Assembly (NCBI GenBank): GCA_009914755.4
Contig: CP068257.2
Coordinates: 36,736,001-36,800,000, forward strand
DNA: 64,000 bases
Source of the DNA: the human T2T-CHM13v2.0 reference genome, Homo sapiens
Reading direction: 5' to 3'
Shown here: positions 12,669 to 23,538 of the stretch, piece after piece
How positions within the stretch are numbered: position 1 is the first letter of the stretch
Layout: each line of letters begins with the position of its first letter
Program-made: the position numbers and the translations under genes
Notes under the pieces: model-generated
Seen by the model: the letters and a program-made list of their open reading frames with translations, nothing else
Databases searched by the model: none
Told to the model about the DNA's origin: nothing

Positions 12669-14639
12669 CGATTTTGACACCACGAAATTGCTGAGTCCTG
12701 AAAGAGAACAAATGGTTCTGTGCAGACCAGGCACTACAGAGAGGTGCAGAGCTGAGGGGCAAATGAAGGCTCACATGGAGCCCAAGCTCCCATCACCCAG
12801 TCTTGCACTTGCCTTGAGTGTGTGTAACCCCAGGGAGGGGCACATTGTTATGAATTATTTGCCCAGAGGGTTTGTCTGCCCTGAGCAAGTGCCTTTACTT
12901 ATTTACACAAAGGGGTCCTCTGTGCTGGGTGGTAGCCCCACTGGTGGAAGCTGTAGTGTGCCCCAATCTCTCTTCTCATGCCTTCTCCATAGTCACAGAG
13001 CAATGACAGCATTCTTCTGGCCCCTTGCTGTCAGATGCAGGCACTGCCTACCATCTGATCAATGGGGAGTAATCACACATGCCATGCAGCAGCTTATAGG
13101 GACTTCCCTAAGGGACACCTGTCACATGCTTTTTGTCCCTGTTCTTTATCCTTTCCTCATTAGTGCTAGCTGGACTGCAGATGTTATTCAACCAAAGACA
13201 CACGCCCTGATGAAACGCACACGGGGCCTGCTGGGGAAGCACTTGTTGGAGAAAACTCCAGGAGTCAGGAGCAGAAGTGAGCATGTGGATCACCTGTTGG
13301 ACATAATGGTTCTGCAGCAGTGCACAGAGGGCTTACAGGGCCTGGCATCTGACTGTGGGAGAGGGACTTAACCCTTAGGAGGGTTTTAAACTTATGTCTC
13401 CTAGAAAGACTAGGAGTTTGGATCCAACAGCAGTAAGAGGCAGCGGGACCTGTCTCTGGTTTAATTCCATCAGCTCAGCTTCATGGCTGAGGAACACTCA
13501 TTCCATCCCTTGGTGAACCAGGGTTTGAAGTCCAAACCTTGCAGTCTCAGTTTCCATGACATGGCAGATGGGACCTGATTTGCCACCTCGAGCACTCAGC
13601 TGTACCAACTCAGACACCAACTTGTGGGAAATCAGTCTTGAAAAAGACTTGTAGCCTGTGTTGGTCAGTTGTTCCAACACAAGTCTCAGAGTTGCTCTGT
13701 GAAGGTATTCTGTAGATGTGGTTAGCATCAACAATCAGTTTGCTTTGAGTAAAGAAGATTATCCTTTTTAGCCTGGGTGGGTGGGCCATGTTGAAAGACA
13801 TTAAGAGCCACACTGAGAAAGAAGAAATGCTGCTTGTAGATGACAATGTCAGCTCCCACCACAGTTTCCAGCCTGCTAGCCTAAGGATTTCAGGCTTTCC
13901 CAGCCAGACCCCCAATTCCTTGAAATAAATAAATATATATCTTACTGGTTCTGTTTTTCTGGTAGAACTCTGATACCTAGTGCAAGTCCAACTTGGACTT
14001 GCTTTTCCATGAATATGTTGGAATTAGAGCATCTATGTTTGACCAGCATAACTATGCACAGGGGAGCAACAAGATAACAAAGATCCTGGATCTTCTTACC
14101 CTGCGGATCCACAATAGCCCTTGGCCATACACCTCTGGATTTTTACACAGAAAAGATGCAAACTTCTACCTCAATGAAGCCATTGTTTTTCTTCTCTCAT
14201 AGCAAACTTAATCCTAAGTAATGTATATTTATTGGGTGACTATTATTTGCTCAACAGATAAGGAAAGAGAACTTCTGAGGAACTAAATGACATACCCAAG
14301 ATCACGCAACCAGCAAGTGGTAGGAATAAATGCACGCCTGTGGGGTTTGAAAGCCCACACTATTTGAACTACAAAATCCAGAATTTCAGGGTCCCACTTA
14401 TGCTTCTACAACAGCCCTTTTACATCTAGGCGTGGGGGGAATATTTCCTTAAGCAATAGTCTTTGGCTTCAGAAAATCTGAGCGTCGTCATATACTTTCA
14501 CAATGGAATGAGAGAAGAGCCAGCCAAAGGTATTTCAGAAGCAGAGAGAGCACTTTGCAGATCTAAGGTCTACCAAGGCTATCTCAGCTTAGCCATTCTT
14601 CAGGTCTAACGCGATGTACTAGGTTAGGCAGAAGTCACA

Positions 14640-15300
14640 GGCCGAAGTCCAGAGAAAACAAGATGCATCAGTCACTGTGTAACTATTTATTGCTGTGTAA
14701 CAAATTTCTCCATAAACATTTATTATCTCACAGTTTTGGTGGATCAGGCATTCAGAAGCAGCTCACGTGGGTGGCTGGTGGCTCAGGGTCTCTCATGAGG
14801 TTTCAGTTAAGATGTTGACCAAGACTGAGGTTACACGAAGGCTTGACTGGGGCTGGAGAATTGGCTTTTGACAGGAGGCTTCATTTCCTCATCCCATACA
14901 CTTCTCTGTAGGGCTGCAAGTCTTCATGACATGGCAGTCTCTTCCCCCAGAATAAGTGATGCAAAGAGAAGGCCACGCTGCCTTCTATGACCCAGTCCCA
15001 GAAGTCACACACTGTCACATCTGCTATATTCTATTCATTAAAAGCAGATCATTGGGTCCAACCTATACAAAAAGGGTGGGGAAATTAAGCTCCACTCTTG
15101 AAAAGAGGAAAATCATAGGCGACCCATATTAGAACAAGACAGAATTCTGCACAGACATTCATCAACAATAACTAACCAACAGAGGGCATTTGGCAGAGGA
15201 AGCAAACCTTCTGTGGAATAACGAAACCTACGGTACAGAGAGTGAACTCTCAGCCACCTCCCAGGAGGACATGAAACATCCTCTGCAGAGAACAATTAGA
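14640..15300. repeat. Interspersed repeat of the abundant mammalian family with the motif ttattgctgtgtaacaaat...catttattatctcacagttt (LTR/MER-class; exact family not assigned)
   Basis: It matches the characteristic consensus opening of this family: ttattgctgtgtaacaaatttctccataaacatttattatctcacagttttggtggatcaggcattcagaagcagctcacgtgggtggctggtggctcagggtctctcatgaggtttcagttaagatgttgacc. Confidence 0.5.
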
Positions 15301-15559
15301 GTGCAGCACATTTCACAACATTGCTGAACACTGCTCCAACAGGGGCATGCTCCTGGTGGAAGCAAAACTGGGGCTCAGCTTCCATCCTAGGCCTCTGGAC
15401 CCGTGATGGGAAGGGTTCTTTTTCCATATTATTTAAAAAATAACTAAAGTCAAAGGGACATTGTATATACAGAACAGTGTTTGAAATGAACATGTATAAC
15501 CAATAAAGAAAACACTACCACAAAGAGAATTAGAACATTGCCAGGCTCTTAAAAGATCT

Positions 15560-15990
15560 GATTCTCCCTTCTTAACCCCATCCCTCTTCTTCCCGTTGAG
15601 AGGTAATCACTATCTTGGCTTTGGAATAATCATTCCCTTGCTTTTCCTCGTTTTTTTGTTTGTTTGTTTTGTTTTTTTCACTACCATTGCATGACGCCTA
15701 AATAATATATTATCTTTCTCTGCTTTCAAAATGTAAATAAATGGAACCATATCATATATGTTGTCCTGCTACATGCCCCTTTGGTGCGACAGTGAGTTTG
15801 TTAAGTTTCATTAATTGCTGTATAAACTCCATTATGTGGATATACCTGCATTGGCTAATCCAATCTAATGTTGATGGATTCTTGGTTGATGAATGCTCAT
15901 GAAAAAATTTCTTTTTTCTATATGCATGACCCAATCACCTCCCACCAGGCCCCAACTCCAACATTGGGGATTACAACTGAACATGAGATT
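15560..15990 (-). repeat. Old L1 (L1M-type) 3'-end fragment, antisense
   Basis: ccatccctcttcttcccgttgagaggtaatcactatcttggctttggaataatcattcccttgcttttcc...ataaatggaaccatatcatatatgttgtcctgctacatg...cattatgtggatatacctgcattggctaatccaatctaatgttgatggattcttgg resembles the antisense of the L1M 3' region. Confidence 0.5.
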
Positions 15991-16020
15991 TGAGCAGGGA
16001 CATAGATCCAAACTGTATCA

Positions 16021-17530
16021 GACTTTTTTTTATTAACTTTAATTTTGAGTTCAGGGGTACAAGTGCAGGTTTATTACATAGATAAACTTGTGTCATGGGT
16101 GTTTGTTGTCCAGACTATTTCATCACTCAGGTATTAAGCCTAGTACCCATAAGTTATTTTTCCAGATCTTCTCCCTCCTCCCACCCTCCCCGCTCTGAAA
16201 GGCCCCAGTGTGTGTTGTTCCCCTCTATGCGTCCATGTATTCTCATCGTTTAGCTCCCACTTATAAGTGAGAACATACGGTATTTGGTTTTCTGTTCCTG
16301 TGTGAGTCTGTGAAGGATAATGACCTCCAGCTCCATCCATGTCCCTGCAAAGGACATGATCTCATTCTTTTTATGGTTACATAGAATTTCTTGGTGTACA
16401 TGTACCATATTTTCTTTATCCAGTCTATCATTGATGGGCATTTAGGCTGATTTCATGCCTTTGCTATTGTGAATAGTGCTGCAGAGAACACTGAGGTGAA
16501 CATGTCTTTATAATAGAATGTTTTATACTCCTTTGTGTATATACCCAGTAATGGGATTGCTAAATCGAATGGTATTTCTGTCTTTAGGTCTTTGAGGAAT
16601 CACCACCCTGTCTTCCACAATGGCTGAACTAATTCACACTCCCACCAACAGTGTATAAGCATTCCTTTTTATTCACAACCTTGCCAGCATCTGTTATTTT
16701 TTGACTTTTTAATAATAGCCATTCTGACTGGTGTTAGATGGTATCTTATTGTGGTTTTGATTTGCATTTCTCTAATGATCAGTCATGTTGAGCTGTTTTT
16801 TCAAATAATTGTTGGCCACATGTATGTTTTCTTCTGAAAAGTGTCTGTTCATGACCTTTGCTCACTTTTTACAAGGGTTGTTTCTTTTCTTTGTAAAGAA
16901 ATTAATAAATTTAAGTTCCTTATAGATGCTGGATATTAGACCTTTGTTAGATGTATAGTTTGCAAAAGTTTTCTCCCATTCTGTAGATTGTCTGTTTACT
17001 CTGTTGATAGTTTATTTTGCTGTGCAGAAGCTTGTTAATTAGATCCTATTTGTCAATTTTTGCTTTTGTTCAGTTGCTTTTGGCATCTTCATCATGAAAC
17101 CTTTGCCTGTGCCTATGTCCTGAATGATATTGCCTAGGTTGTCTTCCATGATTTTTATAGTTTTGGGTTTTACATTTAAGTCTTTAATCCATCTTGCTTT
17201 AATTTTTGTATATGGTGTAAAGAGGGGGTCTAGTTTCAATATTCTGCATATGACTTACCACTTATCCTAGCACCATTTATTGAACAGGGAATCCTTTCCC
17301 CATTGCTTGTTTTTGTCACTTTTGTCCAAGATCAGATGGTTGTAAGTGTGCAGTCTTATTTCTGGGTTCTCTATTCTGTTCCATTGGTCTATGTGTCTGT
17401 TTTTTGTACCAGTACCATGCTGTTTTGGTTACTGTAGCCCTGTATTATAGTTTAAAGTTGGGTAGTGTGATGCCTTCAGCTTTGTTCTTTTTGCTTAGGA
17501 CTGTCTTGGCTATTCGGGCTTTTTCATATC
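16021..17530 (-). mobile_element. L1 (L1P-type) 3' portion, antisense: 3'UTR plus ORF2 C-terminal half
   Basis: A poly-T start (gactttttttttatt) is followed by long collinear matches to the L1P consensus reverse complement. One match is ...gtccagactatttcatcactcaggtattaagcctagtacccataagttatttttcc...tagctcccacttataagtgagaacatacggtatttggttttctgttcctgtgtgagtctg. Another is ...ttgtaccagtaccatgctgttttggttactgtagccctgtattatagtttaaagttgggtagtgtgatgccttcagctttgttctttttgcttaggactgtcttggctattcgggc. ORF 16250..16441 on the minus strand translates as the ORF2 C-terminus. Confidence 0.9.
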
Positions 17531-20330
17531 AGACTTTTTAATGTTTGACAATATGGTGGGTGCAAAATAGATATTATTTTGATTTTAATTTATATACCCT
17601 TAGTTACCATGAGCTTGAGCATTGTTTATAATTAATTGTTCATCATGTTTCCACTCTTGAAAAGTGATCTATTCAATTCTTTTGCATATTTCCCACCGTT
17701 TTTACTTGTTGATTTACAATAGTTAAACATTTTGGTTACTAGTGTTTTGCAGGTGATATGAGTTACAAAACTTTCTCCCAGCAGGTAGTTTATCTTTTCA
17801 CTCTCTTTAATGATATATTTTAATTTAAACACCCTTAATGTTAATATAGTAATATCTATCAATATTTCTTTTACAGGTTGTAGTTTTTATGTCTTGTTTT
17901 ATAAAACCGTTTTGCACCTCAAGGTCATATTCTCCTGTAATACCTTCTAAAATGCTTTATAAGTTTAAATTTTACATTTAAATCCTTAATCATATATGTG
18001 TGACTGATTTTTACATGTGGTATTATGTAGGGGTCCAATTAATTTTCCCCATTATAAAGATTTCTAGTTGTTTGGCCTCATTTATTGAAAAATCCACTCT
18101 TTCTGAGTTGATGTTTAGTACTATTTCTGATTATATCAAGTATGCATATCTGTTAGATTAGTTTATGGACTTTCCTATTCCATTGTTGTGTCTCTTTTGA
18201 GCCATCCATACTGTTATTCTTAATTACAATAACTTTATAATAAGATTTAGTTCCTAGGGGAACAAAAAACACAACACATGTGCTGTGCTTTCAAGCATAG
18301 CTGGGCCTGTGCAATCTGGCCCTCTGTGTAATTTTAAAAACAGCTTGTAAAAAAAAAAATGTACTGCCGGATTTTTTTTTTCAGAGGAATTGCAGTGGGT
18401 TTCTAGATTATCTTGCAAACAATAGACATCTTTATAATATGGAATTATTAAATCCATGTACATGATCCATCACTTCATTTGCTTACGTTGTCTTTAATGT
18501 TTTTAAATGAAGGTTTATTGTTTTCCCATAAAGCTCTTGCATATCTTTATAGAATTATTCTTAGGTATTACATTTTTATGCTATTGAAAATGATATATTT
18601 TTAAATTTAACCTTCTCAATGTATATGTTAGTATGTAAAAATGCAATTGAATTTTGATTCCAACAATTTTGCTAAAACTCTTAAATAAAATTCAAAAATT
18701 AACCTAATGATTAATTAGAATTTTATACATGCACAGCCATATTTTCTATGAATAATAATAGATTTGTTTCATTCCAATACTTACCATTTTTATTTCTTTT
18801 TTCCTTACCATAGTATTCTGGTGAGCCTCCAAACCTATGTTGAATAGTAAGCATCTTTTTCTTGTTCTTGACAGCAAAGAAAATGCTTTTAATTATATAG
18901 CTTTATGTGAAATATTTGCTATACATTTTCTATAGACACTATTATCAAGTTAAAGAAGTCATATTCTTTTCTTAGTTTGCTAGTAGTTAATAAGATATAG
19001 ATGCTTAATTTTACTTTCTATATGTATTCAGATAATCATACTTTTTTCCTATAATGTTTTCATGTGGGGGATACATTAATTGATTTCCCGATATTAACCC
19101 AACTTTGCACTATTTTGATCAACCCACCTTGATCATGATATAATTTCTTTTTTATACATGGCTGAATTCTCCTTATGAATATTTGGTTAAAATTTTTGCA
19201 TCTTGCATTCATAAGAATAATTGGCCTTTTTTTGTACTGTTATTGTTTTTGGCATCAAAGTTATGTTAGCCTACAAATTTTAAAAATTTTATTGGGGAGT
19301 ATTATTCTTTTTTATATTCTCCACCATATTTTGGGAAATTTTGGACCTTAAATATTTGATTGACCTAACTGATGAAGCCATCTGACTTTAGCTTTCTTTG
19401 TGGGAAAAGCTATGACTATGAATTCAGTTTCTTTAATGGCTGTAAGATCATTCAGGTTTTCTGTTTCTTCTTGTGTCAGTTTTGCTAGGTTTGTTTTCTA
19501 CACAAATTTATTCATTTAATATACTTTTCAAACAAATAGGCATAAAGTAGTTCACAACATCTTCTAATCATTTGAAAGTCTTTAGCAACCATAGACTTAT
19601 CCCCATTTTTATTCTTAATATTATCTGTCTTTTCTTTTTTAAAGTACTCTCACTAAAGACAAGATTTGTCCATTTTATTAATCTTTTAAAAAACTCCAAT
19701 TTTTATCTTTGTTGATTCTCTGTATTTTCAGTTGTTCAATTTGTTAATTTCTGTTATGTTTATAATATCCCACTTCCTAATTGTTTTTATTTGTTTTTTG
19801 TTTGTTTTGCTGCCTTTTTGCCAACTTTTTAAAATGGATGCTTAGTTTACTAATTATCATCCTTTTTTTTCTATTTCAATATAAATATTTAGGACTATAA
19901 ATTTCTATTTGCTGTTTTAGCTGTATACCACAAATTTTATATGTATTTTATTATATTAAATCATATTGTCTAAATTACATTGTAATTTCTTTTTTGAAAC
20001 GTTAGTATATTTCCTAAGTAAATTTTTCTACTTAACTTTTAATTGACATCTAGCATAATTACTTTAGGTCTGAGTAGGTATTATATTATTTTAGTCATTT
20101 AAATGTGTTGTGATTTTCTTTATAAACCTATTCATGGTAAATTTGTAAAAATGATTCATGTGTAAGAATTTGTATTTTTTAGTTGTTGGGAGCAGTACTC
20201 TAACCCCATTAAGTCAAGTTTGTTAATCTTCCATTTCTTGTTTTTTTTTTCACCTGTTTTATCAATAGCTCACACAACTATATTAAAAAGTAGGTATGAA
20301 TGTAGTGCAAGAAATTATTTTCTTCTTGTT
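17531..20330 (-). mobile_element. More diverged L1 antisense sequence (ORF2 middle and N-terminal region, toward ORF1). It is probably the 5' continuation of the element above, or an older L1M copy.
   Basis: The AT-rich sequence is collinear with the L1 antisense consensus. One example is ctttgtgggaaaagctatgactatgaattcagtttctttaatggctgtaagatcattcaggttttctgtttcttcttgtgtcagttttgctaggtttgttttc. A second is tgctgttttagctgtataccacaaattttatatgtattttatt. A third is tttattaatcttttaaaaaactccaatttttatctttgttgattctctgtattttcagttgttcaatttgttaatttctg. Confidence 0.6.
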
Positions 20331-22482
20331 ATAAAATCAAAATGAAATTGACTCCACCAAGAATTGGTGAGAATTTTGAATATTTTAATGTCATCATCAT
20401 TGTGAGTTCTGCTCTATCCATAGATCCTGGAAGCAAAAGTCTTCTGGTCCTCAGTGCACACTCTTTGCTCCAAACCCTATAGGTTGTGGTTTCAGTGTCA
20501 AGTAAAGGTACAGGGATCCCTGATGGGGCTAGAATCTGCATAACCAAGGCTTCAGCTCCCTGGCAGAGCCACACTCTGAATTCCTGTAAGTATCCAGGAC
20601 TTAAACATTCATAATGGTCTAGGTCCCCATTGCTTGTGAATCCTATAGACTCTAATCTTTTCCCATTAATGGGATAACTTCTCCCAACATCTCTCTCGTT
20701 TTGCTACTCTTCTTATTGTTTCCTTTTACATTTTGTTTTCAAAAATTTCCCCAAGAACTTTGAGAAGTTCAATTTAAACTACTCTACCTTGGGCTTGAGG
20801 GTGGAGGAATGAGATGCTGAGACGTAAGATCTGGTAATAATGCCTACAATAGGCATATTTCCCTCCACAGAAAGGTCAGTACCTCTGTAAATATACAAAC
20901 CAACTGCCTGGCTTCCTGTTTTTTTCTGTATCACGTTCTTGTAGTACCATTGAGAAAGTAGCACTGGGAGGTTGAAAATGTACCTGGCTAGCATCCAAGT
21001 CCTGGGTCTGAGTTCAAGCTCTGCTTTTCACTAGCTACATGTTTTAAGATGTATATTACCATCTTGGAGTCTCTACTTCTCATCTTCAAATGGGGACAGG
21101 AATTCTGCAAGACTCTGAGGTCTACAAAGTCAGGGCCTGTGTTCTATTTCTTTTTGTATTCCTTGGGCCTAATTCCACATCTACTATTGTAGATCAAATC
21201 TTTGTTGTGAATGAAAGAATAAATAAATTTCTGTCTTCAAGATTTTTTGCTATGATGAACTGAGACAGCACATGAGTAAGCTCTTTGTAAACTATTTTTT
21301 TTAAGCACATGAAAAATGTATATTGTTATTGTCACCTTTCTATTATATTTCACAGCAATGTGAGATATCCTCAAATATGCTTTTACATCCCTCATCCTCA
21401 AATGTTTAGATCATCCCCCAATATTTACATATTTTTCAGCAATTGTTTAATATAATCTCTACCCAAGGAAGAGATAGAAGCCACTTGAAAAAAAGTCTTA
21501 GGGACATCTCCCAAAACTGCTTATTATTTGAATGGCTTATATTTTAAAATGTGTGCAGCCAATTTTTCGCTCTCTTGTGCTCCAACCCTTCTTCATACCA
21601 CAGGCTGTGGGCGTCTGCCCCACAGACCCTGACCCAATGACAGATGAATAATGTACACTGACACACAGATATTCTGCTTTGCCAGTCCAGCTAAGTGTCT
21701 CAGCTGCTTACAGACTCCCTGGAGAGTACTGTAAACAGTTGTCGACCAGCTAGTGAGACTTACATTTATTTGGTAAAGATTAATTGACAAAGGCTCGAGT
21801 CAACACCACTACAGGGTAATTGACAATGTGGACTTCCCGAGTAGAAAGCAATTAAGCACCTGTGGTAAATCAAAGGTTAGTCTTAAGACCACATGAGTAA
21901 ACAAGCTAGCTAGAAAAACTCTCCACATTCCTTTGTTACTACTTTAATATATTTAACTAAAGGTAAAGGGACCAGGCCACCTTCAGCCAGATCTATTACC
22001 GAAGTTATGCAAACTCTCAGGCCTTCCAAGAGAGTCTGTGGCTGTTACTATAACCATCTTTAATATTTTTCCCACCAGCCTGATTGAACCCCTACAACAG
22101 ACTATGGTAGGTCAGACCCAGAAGTGCCATGACTTTTCAGACATGGTCCACAGGTGTAGCAAGATGCCCCAAGCCCCACTCCTCAGTATTTTTTGGTTCA
22201 TTAAATACAAAAAATGAACGTTGTACTTGGCCTTATATTGTTTTTTAAACCACAGACTGCTTGGGTTTTGTTTTGTTTTGTTTCCATCACTAGTATGTTT
22301 TGCTCCTGAAGATTGTTTTCTGACCCCATGCCTTTGCTCAAGAAAAGAAAAAATTCCCTGCCTGGAATGCATTCTATTCATCAAAACCCTTCCCTTTCTG
22401 AAATATCACCTCCTTCAATAAGCCTTTCCTGCTCAGCCCACTATATGAGTATGAGTATCCTCATACTCAGAAGCAGCTCACA

Positions 22483-22573
22483 CATGCTAAGCTGCCCTAC
22501 TCCAATTAAGAAGAAAATACTAACACAGCATCTATAGCTTTCATTCAAGGAAGGCTGAGTACTTGTTAAGATC
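22483..22573. repeat. Left arm of a roughly 95-bp inverted repeat (partner at 23442-23538)
   Basis: catgctaagctgccctactccaattaagaagaaaatactaacacagcatctatagctttcattcaaggaaggctgagtacttgttaagatcat. Confidence 0.85.
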
Positions 22574-23441
22574 ATTTTTTCTAAGTTCACTTAGCTGTTA
22601 AAGCAGCAAGGGCAGGATTTGGATCAGGTTCTGTTTGGTTCCAAACCCACCATGAGGAGCCACTGTGCTGTTTTACCTCTGAGAAAGACCTGACTTAAAA
22701 CCCGACCTCTATGTTATGAGAGTCAGGCTCCTAGGATGGGGAACCACGATAGGTGCATGCATGTCTTGTCTTGCATTAGAGATTTTTATGTACATTTTCC
22801 CTTTCTAGATTATAATCTCTCCAAGGGCAAGAACTCCCTAACACCTTTCTGTACCTCTTACATCATTGTGACATCAAAGATTCTTAGCAAATGCTTGTTA
22901 AGTAAATGAGAGCAGACATTCTTGCTCCCCACTGATTTTATCTTGGATGCTAATAATACAGTAACCTTATTTCCAAAAACCATTCCCACAGAGCCCGACA
23001 CACCGTGGAACAAAAACTGAGAATTGGATTGAAGAACTGGATTGAGAAAAGGAAACACTTTGGTGAAATCACAACCTGTAAACAGACCTCAAAACATAGT
23101 GTTCACTCAACTGAAGCTGAACGTTCTATAGCCTGGGTTCATTTGGCTTGATTGCGCATCACTTGTTTACTTGGTGTGTATAACACTCCACAGGAGTCAC
23201 AGGGTCCTTTTATAGGCATCTCTGGTCTGTTGTGGGCCCCGGGTAGTCATAGTCCCACTGTCTTGCTCATTATCCTCCTGCACCCCCAACACAACTGGAC
23301 ATCACACACTAACTTAACAATTCAGCCTCCTTCCAACTGTCTTACCCCTTCTATCTAGTTTCTTCCTGCCTTAATTAACTTCCTAGCATCATATGAATAA
23401 TCATTTGTTTGTTTGCTCATCCTATTGTGGTTGCCCATCCT

Positions 23442-23538
23442 ATGATCTTAACAAGTACTCAGCCTTCCTTGAATGAAAGCTATAGACCCTCTGTTAGTAT
23501 TTTCTTTTTAATTGGGGTAGGGTGGCTTAGTGAACATG
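23442..23538. repeat. Right arm of the inverted repeat (reverse complement of the left arm)
   Basis: Its reverse complement is catgttcactaagccaccctaccccaattaaaaagaaaatactaacagagggtctatagctttcattcaaggaaggctgagtacttgttaagatcat. The loop-proximal 45 nt are identical to the left arm. The distal roughly 50 nt are about 80% identical. Confidence 0.85.

Noticed and set aside
12688-13371. A 227-aa ORF on the plus strand, the longest non-ERG ORF in the window
   Set aside because: The translation has no recognisable domain or family resemblance. It lies in intergenic DNA immediately after an L1 tail. The expected number of chance ORFs this long in 64 kb across 6 frames is about 0.1, so it is mildly unusual but not compelling without conservation or transcription evidence.
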